Positions 19,981 through 31,707 of a stretch of DNA of 64,000 nt are shown here, in pieces. Made by a program: the position numbers and the translations under genes. Position 1 is the stretch's first letter; each line of letters starts with the position of its first letter. The notes beneath the pieces are model-generated. The model had not been told where the DNA came from. It searched no databases and saw only the letters and a list, made by a program, of their open reading frames with translations. The stretch is from a virus: positions 1 to 64,000 of IMG/VR virus record IMGVR_UViG_3300009502_000026. One strand, given 5' to 3'.

Positions 19981-20022
19981 AGATAGATCCTCTCTGTCTA
20001 CAGCGTATAAGACGGCTACCGA

Positions 20023-21669
20023 TCAGAAACCCTTACCGGGTTCTATCTTGTATTGCTTGAATTTCCTACCAAGGATATCTGTCTGCTTGTAGGTGAGCTT
20101 CTTACCAGCTTTGATCTGATCCCCAATAGACTTCACGAACTTCATGGTCCAGTCATCGGACCCTGCCCGTGCAGCTTTCCAAAGATCCCGGAGGGACCCC
20201 AACCTAGAGTCTTCCTTGGGTTCATGGACTACAGGCTCGGGAGCTACAGTCTTAGGGGCTACCGGGAATCTACTGGGTGGGAGAGGGCTAGAGAGATGAG
20301 TAGCCTTGTATATCTCCACCAGTGCCTTCCGGTACTTCCCTGCGGCATCTGGCACCCTACTGAGTGTGCCGAAGAACTTGTCCTGGTAGATTCCAGCATA
20401 AGGGCCGTAATTTGCCTCTTCATAACTAGGACGAGGCAGTAATCCTACGAATATCTTGAGTGCCCTCTCCGGGTCTGCATCCGGTAAGAGTACCAGCATT
20501 TTCTTGAACTTATAGATGGAGTCCGTCAGTCGAGTCTGGAACTCGATGTCATCCAAAGCATGAATATCTGTTTCCTGGAAATTCTGTACTCCCTGATTCT
20601 TCAACTTCAGGAGTGCCTTCAACCTTTCCTGTCTCTGCTTACCATCTTCCTCTGTCTTGGCATTAGCAGGAAAATCCTTCATCATCCATTGCTTGTACTG
20701 GGGTGTCTTCATCCTCTGCCCTGGAAGCCCTGCTACAGGAGCCGTCCAGTTGTCCATATTCACAGAGAATGACAGGTATGCTTGAGCTAGATGCTGGAGT
20801 TCATGCCGAATCGTTTGACGGAACTGATCCTCCAGTTGCTTCGGGTTCAACTCCCGGATACCCCCTTCGGCCTCAACAGGAAACCATAGGCTCAGGGTCT
20901 TCAATGGGGCTTGCCATTGTCCACCTGGATTCTTGCCCCCACCATAATCCCCATTTAGTTTAACGTGAATGATCTTCCAGGATTTGATACCCCCTGCAAT
21001 ACCCTCCCGATACATCTCCAGGAGACTCTCATTTGCCTTGTTTTGCTTGGGATCATCTGTCTTACCAAGATTCAGTGTTTTGATTGTATCTTGAATCTTC
21101 TTCTCCATGTGGGCTTCAAGGTCAATCTTGTAGCGCCAACCGGACAAGTCCAAGTTAAAATCCTGCTTGATCTGCCCGTTCCTCTCAATACCGTGTGCAG
21201 ACCCCGCTATGCCCTTTAACTTGCCCCAAGCTTCATCATACTTCTTCTGATCCCCTTCGGCATTCCGAATGTTTGCTTCCACCATTTCTATCGTGAAGTC
21301 AAAGCTCTTCTTCAAACTCTCAGGGTCAGACTTCAAGAGTTCATTGAACTTACTGAACGTAGCCCCACCATGACCATATCCCAACCGAGACATGGCTAGA
21401 AGAGAAAATTCCTGGTAAGCCTTGAAGGCTTCCCTGGACTTCCCCTTGTCAATGGTATCTCGGGCAGTCTTGATGGTTTTCTCCAGGTTAGTCTTCAGTA
21501 ACTTTTGATCCGCAATGTAGCTCAAGTAAGCACCGGGACCATTCCATTGAAGAACTGAAGCTATGACAATGGGGAAAGCCCAGTCAAAGATAGTAGACAC
21601 CATCGCTGGAGGGGCTTCAAGAGTCCCTGCTAGGTGCTCCAAGACAACTTTGGTAGGTGAGGGTATCAC
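20023..21669 (-). CDS. HExxH metallopeptidase-like protein with shared C-terminal domain
   Basis: TIRHELQHLAQ and downstream DDIEFQ; C-terminus RLGSLRDLWKAARAGSDDWTMKFVKS similar to the 16400 ORF. Confidence 0.7.
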   Translation of the reverse strand: MIPSPTKVVLEHLAGTLEAPPAMVSTIFDWAFPIVIASVLQWNGPGAYLSYIADQKLLKTNLEKTIKTARDTIDKGKSREAFKAYQEFSLLAMSRLGYGHGGATFSKFNELLKSDPESLKKSFDFTIEMVEANIRNAEGDQKKYDEAWGKLKGIAGSAHGIERNGQIKQDFNLDLSGWRYKIDLEAHMEKKIQDTIKTLNLGKTDDPKQNKANESLLEMYREGIAGGIKSWKIIHVKLNGDYGGGKNPGGQWQAPLKTLSLWFPVEAEGGIRELNPKQLEDQFRQTIRHELQHLAQAYLSFSVNMDNWTAPVAGLPGQRMKTPQYKQWMMKDFPANAKTEEDGKQRQERLKALLKLKNQGVQNFQETDIHALDDIEFQTRLTDSIYKFKKMLVLLPDADPERALKIFVGLLPRPSYEEANYGPYAGIYQDKFFGTLSRVPDAAGKYRKALVEIYKATHLSSPLPPSRFPVAPKTVAPEPVVHEPKEDSRLGSLRDLWKAARAGSDDWTMKFVKSIGDQIKAGKKLTYKQTDILGRKFKQYKIEPGKGF

Positions 21670-21692
21670 ACTGGAACGTGTGAATCGGAGGT

Positions 21693-22262
21693 CTACCGTA
21701 GACCTTCCAGAAGTGCCGCTAGGATGAAAGCGTGTCCCATCTTCCGGTCAGGACAGTTCACCACATCTTTGAGAGTCATACCCAGTGCTAGATGGTCATA
21801 CCCATCAAAGTCCCAGAGAGTGAGAGACCCCCGTTCCTGGTACAACTCCCTGAGCTTCCAGAAAGCCCAAGTCTCTGCTACAGTGTGGGCATAGAGAGGG
21901 ATATAGACCTTCTTCCTGGCCTCCAGGTAAGTGAGCTTCTTCCCTCCCCAATAGGTATAGAGAGGTAAAACACCCTTCCCCATCGGGTACCGTTCGGCTC
22001 TTGAATTCTCCCAACCTTCCTTAGCCCAATCGAAGTAGGCTTGGGTGGGATTCTGGTCACTGTCTACATGTTGGAGATATACTTTGGCATGTTGCCAAGC
22101 ATTCTCCATTGTCCTGGATTCTGGGACAACGGCACCTTCATAGAGGGGTACGGGTCCGAGAAGGAACGGACTGAGCCCTCTACTCCAATTTCTGGACCTG
22201 GAAGTGGTATCTATGGTGTCTTCGGGACGAGGTTCTTTGAACCCAATGACTCTGACTGGCAT
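21693..22262 (-). CDS. DUF6939-like (possibly NADAR-related) protein
   Basis: DTTSRS..LSPF..GPVP, ENAWQ..KVY, YLEARKKVYIPLY, LWDFD, GHAFIL motifs; family recalled from memory. Confidence 0.55.
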   Translation of the reverse strand: MPVRVIGFKEPRPEDTIDTTSRSRNWSRGLSPFLLGPVPLYEGAVVPESRTMENAWQHAKVYLQHVDSDQNPTQAYFDWAKEGWENSRAERYPMGKGVLPLYTYWGGKKLTYLEARKKVYIPLYAHTVAETWAFWKLRELYQERGSLTLWDFDGYDHLALGMTLKDVVNCPDRKMGHAFILAALLEGLR

Positions 22263-22274
22263 CCCCTAGTTACG

Positions 22275-23090
22275 CTACCAGATGAGGGGACGGTCCTTCA
22301 GATCGTTAGCACCCTCAAGCTGGGGCACCTGTGAGTAGTGGGACTGACACAGGAACTTGTCCATCTCAGGGACGATTTTACTGAGTGGGGTATTGAGAGG
22401 GTTGTTCTTCAACACATGAAGAAGAGCATAGGTCATTGCCCCATTGTACCTGCCCTGGAAATTGGCATCAGCCGAAGTCTGATTACTCTTGCATCCAGAG
22501 ATATAGGCTAAATTGAGTTCAAGACCTGTAGGTGTAGACCTTCCCGTGATCTTGGTAGCCCTTATTCCCTTCTCCCTAGCCGTCTGGAGTCTCCAGTCAA
22601 TGTCAGCCGGGCAAGGATAGAGCTTGTGCAAGTCAGTAGCATGGTCGTGAGGCATCATCTCCTTCGTGAGATCCCCAGAGTGACAGCTATCACTGAGCCA
22701 CACTACGTTGGTCCCGGCAGGAATGCCCTGGAAAATGGCATTGAACTCCTTGTCCCGGAGCATGTGCAGATCAGTCCAATCGAAGTCTACAGGACAAATT
22801 GCCTCATCAAGACCATCTACCTCACCTTGCGGATTCCTGGTAGGAACCTGGGCACCATGTCCTGAATACTGGAAAACCACATGGTTCCCAGGCACCATCG
22901 CTTGCTTGAGCCACAGGAGCCTCTCTACGATGGCTTGCTTCGTAGCACGCTCATCCACCAGGAGTCGGATTTCCTCCCTCTTGAAACCCCTGGAAACAAG
23001 GTAATCTGCCATGTCTGTGACATCATCAACACATCCCCGAAGAGGACATCCTATGTACTTGTTGATGCCTACTAGCAATGCACGGTTCAT
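22275..23090 (-). CDS. Metacaspase (peptidase C14)
   Basis: Start MNRALLVGINKY; LRGCVDD, YSGHG (catalytic His), DGLDEAICPVD, DSCHSG (catalytic Cys), QTSAD, GAMT, QVPQL. Confidence 0.92.
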   Translation of the reverse strand: MNRALLVGINKYIGCPLRGCVDDVTDMADYLVSRGFKREEIRLLVDERATKQAIVERLLWLKQAMVPGNHVVFQYSGHGAQVPTRNPQGEVDGLDEAICPVDFDWTDLHMLRDKEFNAIFQGIPAGTNVVWLSDSCHSGDLTKEMMPHDHATDLHKLYPCPADIDWRLQTAREKGIRATKITGRSTPTGLELNLAYISGCKSNQTSADANFQGRYNGAMTYALLHVLKNNPLNTPLSKIVPEMDKFLCQSHYSQVPQLEGANDLKDRPLIW

Positions 23091-23113
23091 CTTTGACCTC
23101 CAAGACACCCTAC

Positions 23114-24670
23114 CTACGGGGGAGGAGCAGTAAGGGGAGCATAGTAGATGTCCCACCTAATGTCAGTAGGGATTCCAAGATTGTTCTGAATAACAGGGTA
23201 ACCTACACCGAAGATGCAAAGATAGCCCACAGAGGGTGTATTAGCCACATTGGCTGTATTCTCCTTCAAAGTGACAACACCACCAGCCGTAAATGTAAAT
23301 CTTGCAAACCCCAGGTCATTCCCAAAGGAAACAGTCCCCCAACCGGCCATACTATTAGGGATGTAGGGGAGTACATCTTGACCATTCAACACATATTTAC
23401 TCCCACAGAAATGAAACAACCCGTAAGAGCACTCTACGGTAATTGGGAATGTTGTAGCGTCGAGGTCTAACGCAGTACAATCATAGATTGCTCCCCGAAG
23501 GTCAACATCAGTGTATGTCCCGATCACCACATTGGGGGAAGGGATATTGTAATCATTGTTGAACCTAGTGCCCCGGCAAAACACCATAGAGTTGCCTGAA
23601 CCGGCACCGGCAGTATAAATAGAAAGGAACCCAGGAATCACGGCACCTGACAAGTCTACAACACTATTGGGTATCCCTGCCTGTGCAGGGAGAGCGAGCA
23701 TTACAGAGCCACTCAACCCAAATGAGTTATCAAAAGTGAATCCCCCATGAATGACTATTGAAGGAGCAAGACCCGTCCCATTGAACAGACCAGGGCCCAT
23801 GTAGTAATCTGAGCTTGTAACAAATCCAACTACCCCACAGGTAGTGTCCATCTCAAAAGAAGGTTGTCCTTGCAAGTAAATGGAACCTGTAGTGATTACA
23901 CCATCAGAAACGGTTCTGGTACCATTACAGAAGAGGTACTTCCCACGACCCATCACCGGAACCCAGGTAACGGAATCATCGTAAGTGAGAACAGTATCGT
24001 ACAGAACACACCCGTTGAATTCGGTGTAGGTGACGTTATTTGCTGAAATGAGTCCCTTACAAATCACATCGTAGGCAAAGATCCTCCCTGCTTGCTTGAA
24101 AAGAATAGCTTCATCAGGAGGAGCCGAAACGTCATCCTTTATACATAGAACATTAGAAATCTCACACCAATCGGTGAGGAAGGTATTCACACCATTCCCA
24201 TCGAGCCTCAGACACCATGCAGAAGCACCAGAAGTAGCATGTAAGGTAAGGTTTCTCATGGTGAAGAAACCAATTGCTATGCCTGCCAAAGGTGCCCATT
24301 CGAAGGCACTCCCAGATGCAGGCATTATGATCGTAGACTTGGCATCCAGACCTACCAATGCTGTGTTATCATAGGGTGCCCAAACCACATTCTCAGCATA
24401 AGCACCAGGGAACACTACAATGGTAGTCCATGTAGTCAGGTTCCCTACAGCATCCATGATGGTTGTGAAGGGTGCCCCAAGAGAACCATCTGAAGGTGCC
24501 CCTCCTGAATAGGAACCGTCTACGAACAGGACATGAGCATAGGGGGCAATGCTTCCTCCAGCACTTCCAGTAACCCAGTTGACCCCATCAAAGACCGGAA
24601 CTTGCCCAGCCGTAGCTCCCGGCCAAATGGATTGGAGAATCTGATCAATGCGTCGTCTCAGGACGGACAT
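23114..24670 (-). CDS. Beta-helix fibre/spike protein with shared N-terminal anchor
   Basis: N-terminus MSVLRRRIDQILQSIWP..GQVPVFDG..W shared with collagen genes; VLFVDG..DGSLGAPFTTI..VFPGAYAE typical of pectin-lyase-like beta-helix starts. Confidence 0.7.
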   Translation of the reverse strand: MSVLRRRIDQILQSIWPGATAGQVPVFDGVNWVTGSAGGSIAPYAHVLFVDGSYSGGAPSDGSLGAPFTTIMDAVGNLTTWTTIVVFPGAYAENVVWAPYDNTALVGLDAKSTIIMPASGSAFEWAPLAGIAIGFFTMRNLTLHATSGASAWCLRLDGNGVNTFLTDWCEISNVLCIKDDVSAPPDEAILFKQAGRIFAYDVICKGLISANNVTYTEFNGCVLYDTVLTYDDSVTWVPVMGRGKYLFCNGTRTVSDGVITTGSIYLQGQPSFEMDTTCGVVGFVTSSDYYMGPGLFNGTGLAPSIVIHGGFTFDNSFGLSGSVMLALPAQAGIPNSVVDLSGAVIPGFLSIYTAGAGSGNSMVFCRGTRFNNDYNIPSPNVVIGTYTDVDLRGAIYDCTALDLDATTFPITVECSYGLFHFCGSKYVLNGQDVLPYIPNSMAGWGTVSFGNDLGFARFTFTAGGVVTLKENTANVANTPSVGYLCIFGVGYPVIQNNLGIPTDIRWDIYYAPLTAPPP

Positions 24671-24800
24671 AGCTTCACCTACCTAGTCGAGAGGTACTAT
24701 CGGGAAAACAGTGAGAGCAACTCCACAGTAAGTGGTAGAACACCCCTCAATGGCTTCTTCTAGTACTATCGGCAGTAACTCTGCTATAAACTGAAGGAGT

Positions 24801-25844
24801 ATGTCCTCCTTCTTCAGGTACAAACCACCATACACCAGGACTACATTCAACCCCAGGGCACCGACCCCTACAGGTATCTACCTGTTTGAAACCCCAGCCA
24901 TGATCTGGGTAAAGGGGCCTAGGGAACTCCTGGATAAAGCAGGGCCATTCCTGAAGAAACTAGGACTCGCCAGAAGCCATACGGGTGAGGGTGAATGGTT
25001 CACTGACCCTGATATGAACCCTGACTACTTTGCCCCCAAACTCAGAGAGTTTGTCAAGCAATTCAATACAGAGAATACACAAGACAAGACAGCTACATCC
25101 ATAGCAGCCCGCTTTATGGCCGCTTACAATCCCTACAGGACCCACACTCATCTCCCAGGCTCCCACCGGGACAAGGAATGGGATGAGAATGTCATAGCCC
25201 CTAGACGTGTTCCCCAAGGCAAAATCTCATATAGTACTGAAGATGATGGTTACGGGCACTTCACTGTCTATGTGCAAGGCCCTCTAACCTCGATGGAATA
25301 CCTCATCCCAGACTTGAAGAAGATGGGATTTACTGAGAAGCACAAAGACTCCAAAGACACCATTTGGGAAAGACCTGATGAAGGTAGAAACTTGAAGTTC
25401 TGGGGTGACAATGAGGAAATGGCTCTCCATTTCCTCATTGAAGACCTAGAGAAAGAACTCAAGGTGCCCGAGGCACCGGAGCCACCACAACATCGAGAAC
25501 CCCCAAAGGATGAGATCACTCAGAGATTTGAACAGAACCTCTGCATCTCCATTCCCTTCAGCCTCAAGGATGAGGCCAAACATCTGGGTGGACGCTGGGA
25601 TCAAGCCCGCAAGCTCTGGTGTATGCCCGACAAACGTTCCCTGGAGAAACTCCAGGAGATCCAAGCTGGCTTGTGTGTCAAGATCCCCTATGAGTACAAG
25701 GATGAAGCCAAGAAGCTAGGAGGCTCCTGGAACCCCACTGAACGCAAGTGGTGTCTACCCAGCCCCGAAGCCGTCGAGAAGCTTCTAGCAATCATCCATG
25801 CAGGGTCATCTCAAAAGGTAGCCAGTCTGTACCTGTCTCGCTAG
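24801..25844 (+). CDS. Protein with two tandem DUF5710-like repeats
   Basis: IPFSLKDEAKHLGGRWD..RKLWC and IPYEYKDEAKKLGGSWN..RKWC; SD AAGGAG; late-motif variant at 24773-24787. Confidence 0.7.
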   Translation: MSSFFRYKPPYTRTTFNPRAPTPTGIYLFETPAMIWVKGPRELLDKAGPFLKKLGLARSHTGEGEWFTDPDMNPDYFAPKLREFVKQFNTENTQDKTATSIAARFMAAYNPYRTHTHLPGSHRDKEWDENVIAPRRVPQGKISYSTEDDGYGHFTVYVQGPLTSMEYLIPDLKKMGFTEKHKDSKDTIWERPDEGRNLKFWGDNEEMALHFLIEDLEKELKVPEAPEPPQHREPPKDEITQRFEQNLCISIPFSLKDEAKHLGGRWDQARKLWCMPDKRSLEKLQEIQAGLCVKIPYEYKDEAKKLGGSWNPTERKWCLPSPEAVEKLLAIIHAGSSQKVASLYLSR

Positions 25845-26221
25845 GATTTCCCACGATTGGACTTGGGCATCAAGAGATTCCCGTCTGCATCTACCAAATC
25901 TGCATCAAATCCAGAATTCCTAAGACTCTCGACCTCTCCGAAGAGGGTCAACGGAGAATTCTCTGGATACTGAGCCCTCAACCGACTGATGATGATAGCA
26001 AGTGTCTTCTTGCTATCCAATTCCAGGTTCCAGCGGGCATAATTGTCTGCCCACATGCACAGAATCCTGAGTTCATGCCAATTGATCCTGAGAGTGATAT
26101 CTTCCTTGATAAGACAGGGTACACCCGTAGTGCCACATTTAGGACAGGAAGATGCCCCCCGTAGCTCCTCATCTGTGAACTCTGCCGAACAAGAAGTACA
26201 CCTGATAGTCTTCTCTTCCAT
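25841..26221 (-). CDS. Zinc-ribbon hypothetical protein
   Basis: CTSC...CPKCG. Confidence 0.6.
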   Translation of the reverse strand: MEEKTIRCTSCSAEFTDEELRGASSCPKCGTTGVPCLIKEDITLRINWHELRILCMWADNYARWNLELDSKKTLAIIISRLRAQYPENSPLTLFGEVESLRNSGFDADLVDADGNLLMPKSNRGKS

Positions 26222-26224
26222 AGA

Positions 26225-26515
26225 TCACTCCAAGTACATCCCCAGAGAACCACCGTCCACCAGGAAATCCACAAGGTCTTGGATATCCTTTGTGTATTGA
26301 AACCACTCCCCGTGAATGAGAGAGCCACGGAATAAATAGTGAAGAGCAGCCTCATCCTTCTTGGACCCGAAGGTCTCCACAAGGACAAGTAGCTCCGTTG
26401 CATTGTAGGTCTGTGCTTCTCGCCGACGATGATTCCCAGTACGGGTAGTGAAACCTATCTTCACCCTATCTTCATTCAGGGGCTTGAGAAAGTAGATAGT
26501 TGGGGTGATACCCAC
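26225..26515 (-). CDS. GIY-YIG superfamily (T5orf172/Mug113-like) small nuclease domain
   Basis: IYFL..VKIGFTT..R..Q..E..LH..GEWF signature. Confidence 0.75.
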   Translation of the reverse strand: MGITPTIYFLKPLNEDRVKIGFTTRTGNHRRREAQTYNATELLVLVETFGSKKDEAALHYLFRGSLIHGEWFQYTKDIQDLVDFLVDGGSLGMYLE

Positions 26516-26537
26516 GTTAGGATTTACGCTTTACGGC

Positions 26538-27572
26538 TCAGAACTGAGCCATCCACTTCTTGACTTCATCTGATAACTCACTCGGCTTCACAACCCTGGT
26601 AGTCAACAGTTCTGCAAACCATTCCCTAGGGTTCTTACGGGCATATTCCGTAGGCATCCAATCACTCAGCTTGTTCTGGTACAGATTCTCTCGACGCTGG
26701 TATGCCTCTGAAGGGGTATTCTCCCGCTTCACCACAAGGTCATTCATCTCTTTCACCTTGATTTCAATCTCAAGGTTTACAGCCGTAATCCTCTCCTTGA
26801 GTCCTGGAGTAGCTTCCAGTAACTCAGAAGTAGGGTGGTGCCTGATGTATGGAGGCTTCCACCCCTGAGAGACAATGGTAGCCATGTCATTGGGAGATGG
26901 ATTCAAGAGTTCAACCTCTGTGAGCTTCCCACCCTTCCCAGGTACAGGCTTGATGACCCTGTACTTCCTGGTCACCTTCTCATTGTGAGTGAAAGGATTG
27001 TCCCAACTTGTGATTTCTACGATAGCACCCTTGGCTACCATTCTCAGGAGTTTGCCCTTGTCAAGTTCAAGCTTGGCTATCTCTTCCCTGAGAATATCAT
27101 AGGGGTCCACAGCTTGAGCTTTAGTAGGGGCTTCCTCCTTGGCCCAGATGAACTTCTCAATGATCTTCCCGTTGTTGAATTTGCCCGGCACGTTGTTGTA
27201 GTGATACCAGTGAGCTAGCTCATGGATGAACGTGAAATAGTTATCACCGGATTTCAAAGCATTGGGGAGAATCTGAACGTGGTTTGTATTGGGGTCAAAG
27301 AATGACCGTTGAGCGGCACCCTTCCCCTTGACTACTATGTCCACCTTCCCCCTGAGAGGGAACCCAGCACTGGAGAAGTCCCTACTGGCTTTCTCCAGAC
27401 CCTCTCGGATCATGCCCAAGTAATCTATGTAATGATGATAAATGTGAATAACGAAACCCCCTGTCTCGATGACAGTGATGAGTTCCACAGCTTCCTTCAA
27501 GATTGGAAGGAGATGGGGTCTAAGCTCCGGTTGAGTGTGGGCTAGATGGATGAGACTAGATCGAAGAGTCAT
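26538..27572 (-). CDS. Leader-tagged zincin metallopeptidase
   Basis: MTLRSSLIHLAHTQPELRPHLLPILKEA; FIHELAHWY; distal TEYARKNPREWFAE separated by an insertion of about 190 aa. Confidence 0.75.
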   Translation of the reverse strand: MTLRSSLIHLAHTQPELRPHLLPILKEAVELITVIETGGFVIHIYHHYIDYLGMIREGLEKASRDFSSAGFPLRGKVDIVVKGKGAAQRSFFDPNTNHVQILPNALKSGDNYFTFIHELAHWYHYNNVPGKFNNGKIIEKFIWAKEEAPTKAQAVDPYDILREEIAKLELDKGKLLRMVAKGAIVEITSWDNPFTHNEKVTRKYRVIKPVPGKGGKLTEVELLNPSPNDMATIVSQGWKPPYIRHHPTSELLEATPGLKERITAVNLEIEIKVKEMNDLVVKRENTPSEAYQRRENLYQNKLSDWMPTEYARKNPREWFAELLTTRVVKPSELSDEVKKWMAQF

Positions 27573-27598
27573 ATCTGAACATGGAATCGAAGCAATAC

Positions 27599-28399
27599 CT
27601 AATCCCCCGGACGCTGGACCAACAACCCGTGAGGATACCCGTCGCTCTTGAGAGCATTCATGGTATCCCTGCCAGGAACACCATCTGAGGTAAGATGATA
27701 CTTGGTCTGAATAGGCTTCCAGAAGTTCAGGTCTTCATTCTGATCCAATCTGAAGCCCTTGTAGCCAGCCTTTAGAAGAGCATTGAAGATGTAGTCATTC
27801 GGATCTCCAGGACCCTTCTGTGAGTTCTGATTCCGATGCCCATAGATACCTACCACTGACTCAGCCTTCTTGGCATCCACAAGTCTAGCAATGGTGCCCC
27901 TGACTGAAGGTGAGAGTGTGTTAGCAGACGTGACTGGAACCTGCCTCTGGATGGGATGGTTGAAGTCTGCCAAGAGCCGGGTGAGGGTATCCAGGAACTT
28001 GACTGCAACAGCAATCTGTCCCTCATACAAAGACCCGTCATCATCTTGGACCATCTCAATCCCGAGAGTGAAGGGGTTGACGGCTGTAGCGTGCCAAGTG
28101 AAGTTCTTGATAGGGTCATTGGAGACTATGATGGTCCCATCAGTATCCAGGGTGTAGTCCCAGGAAACGTCCCTGGACGTGTGTGCCTGATACTTGGCAT
28201 AGGCTTCGGCCCTTGTGGAAGGCTTGATCCCAGGCTTGAGAGGACCCATCTTGCCATGAACCGTGTGCATGACAATAGCCCGAATCCACAGGGTCCTGGC
28301 ATTGAAGTCAGTAGCCTTGGGTACCTGGGGGTCATCCAACCAGGAGACCGTCTCCAGACCTGGGGTATCTAGCTTCTGACCATTAAGGACAATTGACAT
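27599..28399 (-). CDS. N-acetylmuramoyl-L-alanine amidase (endolysin candidate) with C-terminal PG-binding-like motif
   Basis: IVMHT, WHA, LGIEM, YGHR, KGPGDP motifs of Amidase_2; LTSDGVPGRDT; start MSIVLNG with SD GGAGG. Confidence 0.85.
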   Translation of the reverse strand: MSIVLNGQKLDTPGLETVSWLDDPQVPKATDFNARTLWIRAIVMHTVHGKMGPLKPGIKPSTRAEAYAKYQAHTSRDVSWDYTLDTDGTIIVSNDPIKNFTWHATAVNPFTLGIEMVQDDDGSLYEGQIAVAVKFLDTLTRLLADFNHPIQRQVPVTSANTLSPSVRGTIARLVDAKKAESVVGIYGHRNQNSQKGPGDPNDYIFNALLKAGYKGFRLDQNEDLNFWKPIQTKYHLTSDGVPGRDTMNALKSDGYPHGLLVQRPGD

Positions 28400-28422
28400 A
28401 GAGCCTCCAATGGAGACTCTAC

Positions 28423-28437
28423 ATAGCGAGGACACCG
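28423..28437 (-). promoter_or_regulatory. Putative late promoter CGGT-N7-CTAT
   Basis: CGGTGTCCTCGCTAT upstream of the amidase gene. Confidence 0.55.
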
Positions 28438-28451
28438 GATGGGGGTGGAAT

Positions 28452-30374
<1,923 letters not shown>

Positions 30375-30375
30375 C

Positions 30376-30404
30376 TACTTACCCCACGGGACGGAAAACT
30401 TAAC
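30376..30404 (-). promoter_or_regulatory. Putative early/middle promoter GTTAAGTTT-N13-GTAAGTA (probably leaderless ligA mRNA)
   Basis: Motif ends 4 nt before the ligA ATG, leaving no room for an SD. Confidence 0.7.
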
Positions 30405-30420
30405 TCGAAATCGTACCGGA

Positions 30421-30435
30421 CGTTAGGACACCTAT
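30421..30435 (+). promoter_or_regulatory. Putative late promoter CGTT-N7-CTAT
   Basis: CGTTAGGACACCTAT upstream of the leader-tagged gene at 30450; divergent from the ligA promoter. Confidence 0.55.
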
Positions 30436-30449
30436 AGGCACCGGGGGTT

Positions 30450-30875
30450 TTGACCCTCCGCTCCAAACTGATCCGATTGGCTCACTCTAACACTGAACTT
30501 CGTCCACATCTGCTCCCACTCCTGAAGACAGCCACGGACTTCCCTACACAGGAAGCTCTTGACAAATACCTCAAGGAACACCCGGACGCTGACAAGTCCA
30601 AGCACAAAGTTGTATCCAAGTCATCTGTGGATGCTGACAATGCCAGTGCAAAGGCAGACAAAGCATCACAGACTGCAAATACTACTTGGGGCACCTATAA
30701 GGAGAAGAACCATTCGGATGCTAGGGACCTCCACTGGGAAGCCAAGAACCAGCACAACAAGGCCAAAGAAGAGGCCAAGAAGAATGGTGACACTGACAAG
30801 GCCAAGTACCATGAGGACAAGGCCAAGTACCATGAGAAAAAGGAACTGGGGCACGATAAGGACGCTTATCGTTGA
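30450..30875 (+). CDS. Leader-tagged charged protein
   Basis: TTG start; MTLRSKLIRLAHSNTELRPHLLPLLKTA then DFPTQEALDKYLKEHP module; DKAKYHE duplication. Confidence 0.8.
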   Translation: MTLRSKLIRLAHSNTELRPHLLPLLKTATDFPTQEALDKYLKEHPDADKSKHKVVSKSSVDADNASAKADKASQTANTTWGTYKEKNHSDARDLHWEAKNQHNKAKEEAKKNGDTDKAKYHEDKAKYHEKKELGHDKDAYR

Positions 30876-30921
30876 CCCTTTACTTCCCCTCTCAAAGACC
30901 ACCCTTACCTGGGATAAGACA

Positions 30922-31707
30922 ATGACCCTGACCTCAAAACTGATCCGTCTCGCCAGTCAGAACCCTGCTCTCAAGCCCCACATCGCAGCCATCCTGAAGG
31001 AAGCCTCAATGTCTGAGCCTGACTTCTGGAAGCTCATCGAACCTTATGGCTGGGGGACCAAGACCACAGATTACAAAGCCATCAAGAAGAGCCTGATGGG
31101 GAAACTGTCTCCTGATGAGGCAGAGGGACTCCAGACTACAATGATGAAGCTGGAAGGCAAGCTTTACAAGGCTCTGAAAAACCTGAACATTGTGTCAGGT
31201 GACACCATGGGTGACCTCATTGCCCACATCATAGGGATGGGCAAGAAGGAATTCGAAGCGGTAATCAAGGACCCCCAACTAGCCTACCAGCGTTACCAGA
31301 GCGGTCAGTACACGGAGTCCTTCAGCTACGCTCTCCCACACAAGAGTGACTACAAGAATCTCAACGTCACCAAATTCACTGACTGGGCACAGGAGGTTAT
31401 TGGTAACTACACAATGATCCTCAATGCCTCTGAAGATGACATCCCCTGGAAGTCCAAGCTTGCGGCTCCCTTGAAGAAGGTCATCTCAATCATGGAGAAG
31501 TTCGTTGAGACAAAGGATGTAGCCACCTTCTTGGACAACGAAGCAGAAGCCAAGAAAGAGTCTGAAGAAGTGGGCAAGATTCTCAGTAGGTTGCAGCTTG
31601 GCTGGAGTATACCTAAAGAGGGTTCCCTGGAGAGTGCCGTTCATTTCAGCGGCAATAAGTGGGGTGTCTGGAACCTGTTCACTGATGTGCGGGACTACCT
31701 GAGCTAG
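30922..31707 (+). CDS. Leader-tagged DUF4240-like protein
   Basis: Likely start MTLTSKLIRLASQNPALKPHIAAILKEA; body SMSEPDFWKLIE...SGD..DL.AHIIGMGK.FE..DP..ESFSY resembles DUF4240. Confidence 0.7.
   Translation: MTLTSKLIRLASQNPALKPHIAAILKEASMSEPDFWKLIEPYGWGTKTTDYKAIKKSLMGKLSPDEAEGLQTTMMKLEGKLYKALKNLNIVSGDTMGDLIAHIIGMGKKEFEAVIKDPQLAYQRYQSGQYTESFSYALPHKSDYKNLNVTKFTDWAQEVIGNYTMILNASEDDIPWKSKLAAPLKKVISIMEKFVETKDVATFLDNEAEAKKESEEVGKILSRLQLGWSIPKEGSLESAVHFSGNKWGVWNLFTDVRDYLS

Noticed and set aside
30559-30921. N-terminal extension of the 382-aa ORF
   Set aside because: Overlaps the 30450 gene in another frame; the tag-bearing ATG at 30922 is the credible start.
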